Assembly: GCA_965240325.2 (NCBI GenBank)
Contig: OZ251228.1
Span: 2,418,001-2,482,000 of the forward strand
Origin: Rebecca billardiae RCC1528
Lineage: Eukaryota > Protista > Haptophyta
DNA length: 64,000 nucleotides
Direction: 5' to 3'
Position 1 is the first letter of the stretch. Each line of letters begins with the position of its first letter. The notes under the pieces were generated by a model. That model was given only the letters and a program-made list of their open reading frames with translations, was not told the origin of the DNA and made no database searches. The position numbers and the translations under genes were made by a program. Shown piece by piece: positions 35,071-47,109 of this stretch.

Positions 35071-35939
35071 CGCGCAATGCAGTGACGCTGATGCACGCGT
35101 CAGGCGCGCTGGCCAGCCCCCGGAGCTGTTGCTACGACACTTCTTCTGTCCTGCTGCGAGCCGAGCCGCCAGCAGGTTCCGGGGCGGGCAATGCCGGTCA
35201 GCTCATATTCATAAGGCCGGTGGCGCAGACCAGTCGTAGCCCGGCAGGTAGGCGATGCAGAAGTTATCAGCAGCATCATGCATCGTCATCACTACATCAG
35301 CATCTGCCTAGACGAGTACGTAAGAACTCTTTAAATTATCCACGCGTACTACGGCACCGAGCATATATCTCGAATCATCGTCAATCTCCGACTAGCCGTT
35401 CAGAGCGGTACTCCGACTACGACGATGCATCAGCCAGCTCCGGGGCGGCGGCTGCATGTCCGACACTCTGCCGTCATGTGCGTATATATAAGTGACTCTT
35501 ACTCCACCTAGCGGTCTATCCGGATCGGTACCCTGGCGGCGGTGTTGTCGTCTGTCCGCCGTCACAGCCTGACTGCTCGCGTAGTCCTAGTTGCCACTTA
35601 TCAGTGATGTGTCATGTGATGGTCTCGTCGTCCGCGTCCGGACTGTCGCGACGACAAGTCGTGCTGGGCCTGGCGGCTCACAGTGTAAGTTAGTAGAAGC
35701 TAACTCATCAATGTAAGAGCATCAGTAGTGAGCAGCAGCAGTAGCAGCTCGACTGCTGGCGTCATCACCGTGCTACACTCCGGCGCGACACGGTCACGGT
35801 CAGCTGGTCAGCAGTCTATATATATATACTCTTACGCCGGGACCGCGTAGTACTGTAGTAGAGTACGTATACGTATAGTTTTATAACGACGACGACCGGT
35901 CGGCGCGCGTGCCAAGCAGCACTCAGCACCGCCCGACCA

Positions 35940-38250
35940 CCGCCGCCGGCTTGGCCGTGGCACCTCCCTGCTGCTACCACCGCATGCGGCGCGAAGCCTC
36001 CGGAGCGCAGCTGCTGCCAGGCCTGCCAGCTGCAGCCGTGCAGCGGCGCCGGGGCGCGGGCGCAGCGGCATCGGATGGCAGAGGCTCGAGCGCGCTACTA
36101 CGGAACGAGGCGAGCGGCTACACCGCGCTCGGTGCGTCCAGCGCCCACGCCTCTCGGGTGGGCACTGCCAAGCTTTCAGCTGCTGCGGCCGCCCGCCGTG
36201 GCACCATCCCTGCTGCTGCTGCCGCACGCGGCGCGGAGTCGAGCGCTGCTGCTGCTGCCCTGGCCGGGCGCGGGCGCAGCAGCACCGGATGGCAGCGGCT
36301 CCAGCGCTATGGGCGAGGCGAGCAGCGGCACCGCGCTCGGTGCGCCCACCGCCCAGGCCCCTCGGGCGTGCACCGCCGAGCTGCCGGCTGCAGCAACCAC
36401 CGCCGCCCGCCGTGCCACCATCCCTGCTGCTGCTGCCGCACGCGGTGCGGAGTCGAGCGCAGCCGCTGCTGCCCAAGCTGGGCGCGGGCGCAGCAGCGTC
36501 GGATGGCAGCGGCTCGAGCGCCATGGGCGAGGCGAGCAGCGGCACCGCGTTCGGTGCGCCCAGCGCCCAGGCCCCTCGGGCGTGCGCTGCCGAGCTTCCA
36601 GCTGCGTCGACCGCCGCCGGCCGCCGTGGCACCATCCCTGCTGCTGCCGCCGCACGCGGCGCGGAGTCAGGCGCGGCTGCTGCTGCCCAAGCTGGGCGCT
36701 GGTGCAGCAGCATCGGATGGCAGCGGCTCCAGCGCGCTGCGGGAGGCGAGCGACGATGGCGCGCTCAGCGCGTCCGCAGCACAGGTCCCTCGGGCGTGCG
36801 CCGCCGAGCTTTCAGCTGCGTCGACCGCCGCCACCCGCCGTGGCACCATCCCTGCTGCTGCCGCCGCACGCGGCGCGGAGTCAGGCGCGGCTGCTGCTGC
36901 CCAAGCTGGGCGCTGGTGCAGCAGCATCGGATGGCAGCGGCTCGAGCGCGCTGCGGGAGGCCAGCGGGGACACCGCGCTCGGTGCGTCCACCGCCCAGGC
37001 CCCTCGGGCGCACACCGCCGAGCTTTCAGCTCCGTCGACCGCCGCCGCCCGCCGTGGCACCATCCCTGCTGCTGCCGCCGCACGCGGCGCGGAGTCGAGC
37101 GCAGCTGCTGCTGCCCAAGCTGGGCGCAAGCGCAGCAGCGTCGGATGGCAGGGCTCCAGCGCGCTGCGGGAGGCGAGCGGCGATGGCGCGCTCAGCGCGT
37201 CTGCAGCTCAGGCCCCTCGGGCGTGCGCCGCCGAGCTGCCGGCTGCAGCAACCGCCGCCGCCCACAGTGGCACCATCCCTGCTGCTGCTGCCGCACGCGG
37301 CGCGGAGTCGAGCGCCGCTGCTGCTGCTGCCCCAGCTGGGCGTGGGCGCACCAGCACCGGATGGCAGCGGCTCGAGCGCCATGGGCGAGGCGAGCAGCGG
37401 CACCGCGCTCGGTGCGTCCAGCGCCCACGCCCCTCGTGCGCACACCGCCGAGCTTTCAGCTCCAGCGACCCACGCCGCCCGCCGTGGCACCATCCCTGCT
37501 GCTGCCGCCGCACTCGGCGCGGAGTCGAGCGCAGCCGCTGCTGCCCAAGCTTGGCGCGGGCGCAGCAGCGTCGGATGGCAGCGGCTCGAGCGCCATGGGC
37601 GAGGCGAGCAGCGGCACCGCGCTCGGTGCGCCCACCGCCCAGGCCCCTCGGGCGCGCACAGCCGAGTTTTCAGCTCCAGCGACCGCCGCCGCCCACCGTG
37701 CCACCATCCCTGCTGCTGCTGCCGCACGCGGCGCGGAGTCTAGCGCAGCCGCTGCTGCCCAAGCTGGGCGCGGGCGCAGCAGCGTCGGATGGCAGCGGCT
37801 CCAGCGCGCTGCGGGAGGCGAGCAGTGACACCGCGCTCGGTGCATCCAATGCCCGGGCCCCTCGGGCGCGCACCGCCGAGCTGACAGCTGCGCCGACCCA
37901 CGCCGCCCGCCGTGGCACCATCCCTGCTGCTGCAGCCAATGCGGCGCGGAGTCAAGTGCAGCTGCAGCTGGGCCCCAGCTGGGCGCGGGCACAGCAGCAC
38001 CAGATGGCAGCGGCTCCAGCGCGCTGGGCAGTGCCGTGGTCGTGTGGAGCAACGTCACGGCGCTCGGCGCGTCCATCGACGAGGCCCCTCGAGCGAGCGA
38101 CACCGAGCTGTCATCTGCGGCGAAAGCCGTCATCCGCCGCGGGACCATTCCAGCAGCTGCTGCCGCATGCAGTGCAGACTCGAGCGTGGCTGCCGCTGGT
38201 GTTGGCGGCCCGGATGGGCGCGGGTGCAGCATCATCAGGTGCCAGCGACC
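35940..38250 (-). repeat. Tandem array of the same 214-bp unit, inverted (~11 copies, more diverged)
   Basis: CCGTGGCACCATCCCTGCTGCTG recurs at about 213-216 bp spacing; reverse complement of the left array. Confidence 0.9.
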
Positions 38251-39875
38251 CCATCGCGGCGGGCGCGATGGGCCAGGTCGCTGCGTTTGGCGCGCTATTG
38301 CCCAGGCCGTTCAAGCGAGCACCACCGAGCTGTTAGTTGGAGCAACTGCTGCCGCCCGTCATTATACTGAACGTGCTGCTGCTGCAGCATCAACAGCGCC
38401 GCTGTTACCAGCAGCGCTGCGCTCGTGTATCCGAAGCAGCGCCGCATTGATGGTCCTGCGGTCTGAGTAGGGGAGTATGCCAGTAGCTCGCATGCACCTG
38501 GAGAGCAGTCCATGCCTGTACTGCCTCGCCGAGTACTACTAGAGTAGTAGGACCTCATGTGCTCACGCAGCTGCGCCGTTGCCGTCTCCTTGCTGTGACG
38601 CGCAGAGCAAGTCGAGGAGTGTCTGGCGACCACCGGTGCCAGTGCTGCGCCGACAGGTAGATGCCCACCACCGGGCCCCGCCCGTAGCATGGGCGATGGT
38701 GAGATGAGTGGCAGCACAGCGCACAGCTACGAGCAAGGTTGATGTGCGACGGTATGGAGGCACGCGTGCTCGCTGCATGCTCCGAGCCCCGTGCTGCGTG
38801 CCCCCTGCTGCTTCTCGCCCTTGGTCGTCTCCTCGTCGATGCCCTCCTCCCCCGTACGCGTGAGCTCCGCGACGCCATCGGGCCAGCCTACCAACGAACA
38901 GTGGGCGTGGCGCCCTGCTGACGGCTGGCTGCCATCGCAAGCCATGCACGCCTGCACACGGCAACAGGGCCGTTTGCGCCCTGTTGCCGTGTGCACGGCC
39001 ACAGCGGGCCGGTGCACACGGCAACAGCAGTGCGAAACCCCCTGAGGGTGACCCCTTTTGCGCCCCAGTGTGCACACGACAACAGGGCGCAAACGCCCCT
39101 GTTGCCGTGTGCAGTCGCCAGTGGCAAACGCCAAACCTGGCTGTCGATCCAGCCGCAAGTACCCCCAACTACACCCGCCTTGATGGCGTTCTACTTCAAT
39201 TCTGCGGGTGTGGCAGCCTACGACCGTACCCGTACCAGTCTGCCTCGGCTCAACATCAATGAAGCGATTCCACCAGAAGATGTCCAGCGAAAGTTCGCCC
39301 TGCGTTGTTGTTCCCCTCCACGCAGAGTCATCATCATGAAGACGAATGTGACTAATATGATGCTGCTTCCTACTCATCATACAACAATTACTGGTGCGGA
39401 CGAGGTATGAAAGCTTTTGAAAGGTTGGCTGCTATCTATCGTTCCCTATCGTTCCGCCATCGTGTTTCAGCAACTTTGTACTATATATTGGCATTGATCA
39501 GCCCAGCGCAATTGATGATGAGGGGTGTCTGAGAGCTGTGTGCGTTGCTTTTTCATAGTAAGTTGTACGTAGCTTCATTTTTCAACTTTTTTTTCGGGGT
39601 ATCGGGGTATCGCCAAAAACGATTGACGATGATGGGCACAGGGCAGCAGGCATCCACGCCCACCACCGTCGTCGTCGCCCACGGACGTCCCATTCCGAAC
39701 CCATAGTCGCCTCACGAATTCCTCGTCGGCTCAAGGCACAACGGGCGCCTCCGGCATGCAAGGGCGCCCTCATCCGCGTCCTAGCCTTGCATCCGCCGCG
39801 TCGTTGAACATAGCACAGCACGGCCTCGGATACACTCGCAGCCCCAATGACCTCCGTAATAATCTGGTCACGACG

Positions 39876-40832
39876 ATGTGGATGGCTGAGGCATCGAGAT
39901 GGCCGCGCAATGCTGTGAACGCTTCGAATGGCCTCACCACGTCGGCATCACCGTCGGAGACCGAGGCGGAGGCCACAGCACAGGGCGTGTGGCGCGGCGA
40001 CGACGCTGACATTGCCCTCGAGTCTGCTCTCGATGACAGCGTCATGCTCGACGCAGCAGTCGTTGCTGAGCTGGATCGACTGCTGGTGTGCAACGCGAGC
40101 GCGCACGCGTCAACTGGCGATGTTGACGATCGTTTGACGAGGATGTCGCCTGGCGTCGTCGAGTTTGTCCGGCGCGCGCTCTACGACGAGTCCGCGCCGG
40201 CATCCACCGATCCACCGCTACCGCCCACGCGCCCGTTGTCTCCCCTCTCGGGCGTGGCGGCACTTACGCAGCATCATCATCGCCATCATCCATGTGAGAT
40301 GATGACCGCGGAGGCGCTGGTGGATGCCTGCATTGATGCCTTGCCGTGCGCGCCTGTGCTGCCGCAGAGCGTCGACCCGTGGCGACCGCCCACGCTGGCC
40401 CCACCGGCCACACCTACGCCTCGAGACGCTTTGTTCGACGGCCACATCGCCTTCGGGGAGTCGGTGCCACTGGCGACTGCTGTGGGCCATCGTGAGCTCG
40501 GGGTCCTGGGCGTGATGCCAGCTTTGCCCCCGCTTCCGCCGACGCTGCCGGGCATCATCGAGCCGCCCGTGCCCCGGACACAGCGAGTGTACATCGGGGT
40601 GCGCTGCCGCCGGCCCGCGCACGGCAGCGAGAAGCGTGCCAAGCCGTACCACGGCCGCGTGCGCTTCAAGGGGAGAGAGTACTACACGAAATTCTTCTCG
40701 TCGCCGGAGAGCGCCGCACGCGCACGCGACGCGCTCATCGTCCGGCTCGGGCTCCATCACACACGCAGGCTCAACTTTCCGCCGGGCATGATGCACGATT
40801 CCAGGCGTATGGGACGGCAAGATCCTTCATGA
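39876..40832 (+). CDS. AP2/ERF-domain DNA-binding protein (C-terminal AP2 domain ~40587-40781)
   Basis: YIGVR...KPYHGRVRFKGREYYTKFFSSPESAARARDALIVRLGLHHTRRLNFP follows the AP2 pattern YxGVR..F.s.E.AA.A.D...LNFP; acidic and Pro-rich N-terminus. Start codon uncertain (39756 or 39876). Confidence 0.75.
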   Translation: MWMAEASRWPRNAVNASNGLTTSASPSETEAEATAQGVWRGDDADIALESALDDSVMLDAAVVAELDRLLVCNASAHASTGDVDDRLTRMSPGVVEFVRRALYDESAPASTDPPLPPTRPLSPLSGVAALTQHHHRHHPCEMMTAEALVDACIDALPCAPVLPQSVDPWRPPTLAPPATPTPRDALFDGHIAFGESVPLATAVGHRELGVLGVMPALPPLPPTLPGIIEPPVPRTQRVYIGVRCRRPAHGSEKRAKPYHGRVRFKGREYYTKFFSSPESAARARDALIVRLGLHHTRRLNFPPGMMHDSRRMGRQDPS

Positions 40833-41170
40833 AAAGTCCGCTTGGGCGTGCACAGCAGCGCATCGCCTGGCGTACACCATCACCCTGTCGGCTGGCACGC
40901 ACGCTCCTCAGTAGTGAACGGTCCGTACTCTGTAGCGATATATTGATTGATTTTAAGATTCAAGTCACGAAACGTCAATCGTGCACGGTCGTGCTGCGCA
41001 CCGCGCTGTAGCTAGTCGGCAGCGGTCGGCGGTGGGTACAGTCAGCACAGGCGACGCGATGACGCAGTAGTGCAGGTGACCATGCCGCGTCGCATGAAAG
41101 TCGCGAGGCGCGCTAATGACGCTGCTGCTGCATCTGACCGGGCTGCGCTGACGACTGCATATTATATATA

Positions 41171-42713
41171 AACTGTGCCCTGGCGGGCGGGGGAGTCGGC
41201 GGGCCGTGCCAGTGCTGTCGCAATGTATCCTTTGCGGGTTCGCGTCTTTCCACATTCGCTCGTGGCCGTGGGTTACGGACAGTCGAGTGCAAGGACCAGT
41301 GATGACACGTGAAGTTGGCTCCCCGACGTGTGACACGTCTCAGTCTGTACTCTTATGCGCATCAGCGAGGCCCACACCCACGAGGGAATGTGCAGCGCGC
41401 GGGGCGGGGCGGGTAGCCCGTTGCTCCGCGCGAGCGCGGGTACGCACTGTATGTGCCGCATCTCGACCGCGATGGCGTAATCGAGCGCCTCGCCGCCGAC
41501 GAAGCCGCCAGAGTAGATCATGTGCATGCATGTCCTCCTGCCGCCAGCCGAGAGCGGTCGTCGCGAGGATGCTTGCCGATGTCTGCTCCGGGCATGATGG
41601 GCTCGGCGCAGGTCGCGTTGGCGTCGTGCACGGCTGCCACGCTGAGCACGAGCGCGTTGACGTTCGCGCGGTCGTCGCTCTTCGCCTCGTGCGACAGGTC
41701 TGGCGCCTGCGTGTTCGGCGGCACAAGGAGCTGTTAGTTGTGCGCGCGCGCGCACAGCGACAGCGTGTGCCACTCGCGATCGAGAGCGGGCACGAGCTGC
41801 TCGAGCAAACACACGATTCGCAGCGCATCCGTCACCGGCGTGACGACGTCCGCCTCGTCCCGCAGCGCCTGCGCCATGGACGAGGATGGCGCGGCGATGT
41901 TGCATGCTCGACGTCCCGTCTCTCTGCAGATGGCATCACGGGCTTGTCTGTGTCGCGCTGCGGCGAGGGTCGCCAACTCGCGATGACGCGGTTGCTGCCA
42001 CGGCGACAGACCCGGGAGGTGCGTCCGCTGCGCGTCGTACGCCGTGTGGCGCTGCGCTTCCGTCGCATTGGTCACCGTCGACGCCATGCAGGCCGGACGT
42101 GGGCTTCGTCTGAGGGACCGGACCGCGAGCGAGGACTGAGTCCGGTGCGCGGATTCCGGCGATCGAGTTCAGAAGGCCGCGCCAAATCTTGCGTCGCGTG
42201 CGATGGCGCTTCCCGCCCGCGAGACGCCTCGTGATGAGGGCTTTCTCGCACCGAGCCCGACGCGCGACAGTGGATCGCGCGAGGCGGTCATCGTGCGCAG
42301 CGCATGATGCTATGGCCGGTGCGAGCTTTCGACGTGCACGTCGGGCGAGGATCGCCCCAAGTCGCACGATCGTGTCGACGCGCCGAGCGTACCGCATCAA
42401 ACGGTCCGATTTGGGCCCCGTTCGACCTGCACGCGAGACGACGAGGGCAGCAATCGCGAATCGGGCGAAAACCCGTCTAGGGAATCCTCGCGCGATGTCC
42501 GCGCCGGCGTTGGATTCGGCGCGCGCGGCCCACGCGCTCCGCGCCAGGCGCCATATGGTTTTCGGCCGAGCGTCCCCAGTGGGAGCTGCGAGGGCGCCCG
42601 GTAGTGAGCGAAGCGATTTTCTTTTCTACTTTGCGAGGCGATTTTCTTTTTTCCTTTTATTTTTCTTATCTTTTCCCGGGCACTACAAGGGGCGGACCTA
42701 CGGCCCGCCATAA
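41171..42713 (-). mobile_element. Helentron/DINE-like non-autonomous element, family A copy 1 (3' hairpin missing)
   Basis: ~1.5-kb close match to 60553-62024. 5' end TTATGGCGGGCCGTAGGTCCGCC; 10-bp subTIR GGCGGGCCGT inverted between 42700-42709 and 41198-41207. Confidence 0.65.
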
Positions 42714-43448
42714 CGACGTGGTGCACATGCTCGGACTGCAATGCAAGTGACAGTAGCTGATGACGATGGGATGTGCCGCAGCGGTCGTGCCGCACACAGG
42801 GCAAGTCCACCCTACGTGGATCATCCTGCCGGCGCCCGAACAGCGCCATGGCGGGCTGCGGCGGCACACAGTGAGACACACACACGCGCGCGCGACACGG
42901 CAGCATACAGTACGGCCGCTGCGTGCTATTCGGCGGTGGCAACGCCAACATGCGGACGGACCTCTGCCTTCCTGCACGCGCTGCCTGCAGCGTCACGCAG
43001 CCGCCTGTCGGGTACCGTGCCACGAGCGGTGTTTGTATTGATGGAGGATGAGCCGAGTCGCCCTCGCTGCCTCGCATCGCCCCTGTCAGTGTCACGGATG
43101 TGATGCTTCTCAGACTTCAGAGCAAGTGGGTGGTGCTTTTGTCGCCCTTACTCAGTGCTTTCAATATTTGGTAGTGAGTCAATAGTCATCATACCCGGCT
43201 CTGTCGAAGCGTCGCGTCGCCAATCATCCTCCTCCTCATCTTGCTCTTCATCCATTCCATTACCAGGTATAGTCGCGATGTGCTTGGCACCGTCCCGACG
43301 AAACGCGCACAACGTGTAACAATGATTACGTAGTATTCATTATCTCATCGGTCTGCACGATCAGGTGGCGGCATCGAATCTTCGCAGGTGCATCGAATCT
43401 CCCGTAACGGTTACGGTCGAGCACCCCTCGCTCTGCAAGGGGTGCGGC

Positions 43449-44458
43449 GAAAGGACAGTGGCAACCCGGTCAATCTGGCCCCGCGCCCCTCTCGCGGGCT
43501 CTGGCGCGCGAACGCGTATTCACTACTGGCCGCCGAGCCGTATATTGGCGCTCCGTGCACCGGCAAAGACATCCCCAGCCGCATGTTGCCACTCGACACC
43601 TCGTCTCGCCTCGCGCGGAGCCAACTTGTGTGCGGGAGCCACCCGAAGCACACTGGGCCGTGTAGCGACGCGCGTGGTGGGTCGACAGTGCATCGCGAAG
43701 GCGTCGCACGCGCAATCCCTTGAGTACATACCCATGTCTGTCCCATGGCGCGTCATGCACCGCCGTGCGTTCCGATGCACTCCCGACTCGCGACGCGCTG
43801 CGCGCTGCACAGCCTGTGCAGTGTGCTTCGGGTGCGGCTCTCGCCACTGTCGCACACCACAAGTTGTCTCCGCGGGGCTCTGGCGCGCGAACGCTTATCC
43901 ACTAGTGGCCGCCTAGCCGTAGTTTGGCGATCCATGCACCAACAATGACATCCCCAGCCGCCACTCGACACCTCGTCTCGCTTCGTGCGGAGCCAACTTG
44001 TGGTTTGCCGGAGCCACCCGAAGCACAGGCTGTGCAGCGCGCAGCGCGTCGCGAGTCGGGAGTGCATCGGCACGCACGGCGGTGCATGACGCGCCATGGG
44101 ACAGACATGGGTATATACTCAACGGATTGCGCGTGTGACGCCTTCGCGATGCACTGTCGACACACCACGCGCGCGTTGCTACACGGCCCAGTGTGCTTCG
44201 GGTGGCTCCCGCACACAAGTTGGCTCCGCGCGAGGCGAGACGAGGTGTCGAGTGGCAACATGCGGCTGGGGATGTCTTTGCTGATGGTGCACGGAGCGCC
44301 AATATACGGCTCGGCGGCCAGTAGTGAATACGCGTTCGCGCGCCAGAGCCCGCGAGAGGGGCGCGGGGCCAGATTGACCGGGTTGCCACTGTCCTTTCTG
44401 TTGGCGGTGTCGCAGAGCGACCCGCCGGCCGTTACAGGGCCATTAGAAGGCGGTGGAA
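43449..44458. mobile_element. Palindromic (foldback) repeat, arms ~43449-43819 / ~44022-44398, followed by a conserved 50-bp end motif
   Basis: Arms are reverse complements and the centre is made of partial copies of the same unit. A second copy lies at 54702-55376. Confidence 0.75.
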
Positions 44459-44913
44459 TCTTCGTCTGCAACGACGCCGACTGTCGATCGAGCGCAAGTG
44501 ATTCAGCTCTCCTCCGTCCTCGCGGAGCGAGGGGCGCGACGGAAAGGATATAGGTAGTGCTGGCGCAGCGGTGGTGTTGATGCTTGCTGGTATAGTCCCT
44601 GTTCGTAGATGCCATGCATGGGCAGCCCGGACTGCATCGTATTCGTCATCTGCATTGCTACGCTGATGATGCAGCTCGTCCAGGGCGCACGCACCATCAT
44701 ATTGACCAGCCCACCATCAACCGAATGGATCTCGCCATCTGAGTGATCTGGCGGGCGCCAGCGCTGATGATGCAGCTCTTTACCGTACGATACGGAGCTC
44801 GAGAGTCGAGGGCCTTGACGAAGGACTTTGAACGCGGGCAGTGCCTCCTGGTCGGTGGCTCCGCGCGGGCCGGACCGCGCGCCCGGACGACACTGGTACG
44901 ACGATTATATTGA

Positions 44914-47109
44914 TTATGGCCCGCGGTGCAGGGCGGAGCGCGCAGCGTGGAGCCCGCTCCGCGGGCACTAAGCACGTTTCAAACAGATCTTTGATCAAAG
45001 AAAAAAGGGACGGGGGACGATTTTCAGGGCTGGAGGAGACCGAGTTTCGAATTTTGAGACGGCACAGGGGTATCCATTGCAGCGAGAAAAGGACGCGTCC
45101 GCTCTTTTGATAGTCAGAGGCATCAACGAAACCCACGTCCAAGTGTGCGAGGGTGGGTAATTGTGGGTAGACTGTGACCATAGTAAAAAGCACATGACCA
45201 TAGTAAAACAAGCATAGTCAGTAATTAGTGTGAAGTAGGACGGTTACAAGTCCAATACAAGCGTCAGCTTCTTTGAGGCTATTTTTACACATTGTTAGCG
45301 GCAAAATCTTCGTCGCGGGGTCGTATATCAGTTCGCTGGAGAACATTTACAGCGCTTCGTATCCATTATTATTATATCGCCCTGAGGCGGCCGCGGCGCG
45401 GCGGGCGACGATTAGTTATTTGAGACGAAGTTGCCACGAGCCCGCCCGAGCCGCTTGAGCGAGCGAGCTTTGCTCGCCGAGTGGCAGCGCCCACCCCGAC
45501 CAGGTGACGTCGCCGCAGTGACGCCGCGTGGCGGTGGCGGGGGCCGGCCGGCCGCTGGTCTCGCCCTCGCGCTCTGCTCTCCCCGAGCGCGCCTGTCGCC
45601 TCGCAGGCCGCGCGTCTCGCCCTCTCGCTCCGCTCTCCCCGAGGCTGAGCTCGCCCGCCTGTCACCTCGCAGGCGCCGCGCCGCAGACACGGAGCGCGCG
45701 CACCAGTTGCGTCGCGCTGCGCACGGAGCATGCGCGACGAGATCGCGGCGGGGGCGGCGAGATCGCGGCGGGGGCGACGGGAAACAACCTGCCCGCGGGC
45801 GCGTTCGTCACTCGAGGAGCAGCGCGCAAGGGCGAGCCGAGTCCGGAGCACGCGAGCTCGTCGCTCGCCGACCGGAGCAGAGCGCGCCGCCGCGAGCGAG
45901 CGGCGCGGCAGAGCTGATGAGCCGGATGCGCCCGGAGCTCGCGCGGCTGAAGGGCGAGCTCGAGCACGCGAGCTCGCGCCTCGACGCCGAGCGCGAGCTC
46001 CTCCTCAACTCGGTCGACGGCGGCGCGGAGGTGCAGCAGCGTGAGGACGAGCAGGAGCATCAGTGAAACGCGCGCCGGTTCCGGGGACCTCGCCCAGCGG
46101 CGCCCAGCTGCCTGCACGCGAGCGGCGGCCACGTGGCGCGAGGAGCTGCGTGGGGAAATCGCCGCGCGCGTCGACGCGGCGATCACCGGGCTGCAGGCCT
46201 CGGCAATCGACGCGGTGCGCACCCTCGCCGCCAGCCGCGACGACTCCGCCGTCGAGCTGCAGCAGCTGCGCGCGCAGATGCCAGAAGTGCCGATGGATGG
46301 GCGGCGGCGTATCAGCAGGCTGACGTGCACGAGCACGTGACACGCGGAGGCGCTAGGCGCCAAGCTGGCGAAGTGCGGCGCCGAGCTCGACGAGCTGAGC
46401 GACGCGGCAACGGACGCGCTGGGCGCCCGCGCCGCCATCGTCGCGGCGCCCTCCAGCAGCTCGAGCAGCTGTGGATAGTTGGCCGTCGAGGCGACCGCGG
46501 GTGTGACTCACAGTGTGAGTGAGCGCGCGCGGCTCAGCCTGCCGCTGGCAGCCGCCGTCTTCAAGGCCGACGCGGCGGAGGAGGCGGCGGGCGAGCACGG
46601 CGGCGCGGTGGAGCAGGCGCGCACGCGCGGCGGCAGGCGCGACGCGCCGCTCGCCTCGTTCCACCGCCCCGAGCTCCGCTCGGTTGGTCTCGGTGCGCGG
46701 CTGCGCAGCCGGCAGGCCGGGGCCAGCAGTGGCGCGCGCTCTCGCTCTGCCGGCACGAGGCGCGCCGGCTGAGCGACCAGCGGCCCGTCGTCGAGCGCAT
46801 GGCGCAGGGCGAGTACCTCAAGCAGGTGCGCCCGCTCGCGCGCACGCGCCGGCTCGCGCCGCGCCAGCGCCTCTCGCCCTGCCTGCGCGCGCGCGCCGGC
46901 CGCTAGTCCCCGCGGCGGCCCGCGGCGACAGTCCTCGGCCCGCCCGGGCCCGGTGGGCGGCAGTGACTGAGTTGGCGGTGGCCGCTCAGGCGAACTGTTA
47001 CACATGTCAGACTACTGATGAGACAGCAGCCGACGGAGGGTGCACCGCGGGCCCCGAACTACGTTCGTTCCGCTACGGGAAAAGACCGCGGAACGCGGTC
47101 ATTCTACAG
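44914..47109 (+). mobile_element. Helentron/DINE-like non-autonomous element, family B copy 1
   Basis: 5' TTAT plus 13-bp subTIR GGCCCGCGGTGCA (44918-44930); exact inverted copy TGCACCGCGGGCC at 47041-47053; perfect hairpin GACCGCG-GAA-CGCGGTC at 47084-47100. Both ends recur in copies 2 and 3. Confidence 0.7.
45740..46830 (+). pseudogene. Decayed coiled-coil gene fragment carried inside family B copy 1
   Basis: Host-like codon usage pieces (ELMSRMRPELARLKGELEHASSRLDAERELLL; WREELRGEIAARVDAAITGLQ; AKLAKCGAELDELSDAA) broken by stops and frame changes. Confidence 0.5.

Larger units (their letters stand above)
32708..39138. mobile_element. Foldback-type element: ~580-bp terminal inverted arms (32708-33285 / 38560-39138) enclosing two oppositely oriented 214-bp tandem arrays and a unique spacer
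   Basis: Terminal arms are near-identical reverse complements and the internal arrays face each other. No transposase ORF seen. Confidence 0.75.

Noticed and set aside
32733-38250. CRISPR array
   Set aside because: Units are contiguous full-length repeats without unique spacers, there are no cas genes and the context is eukaryotic.
33139-38470. Many repetitive ORFs up to 753 aa as a repeat protein
   Set aside because: The unit is 214 bp, not a multiple of 3, so frames rotate each copy; this is a satellite artefact.
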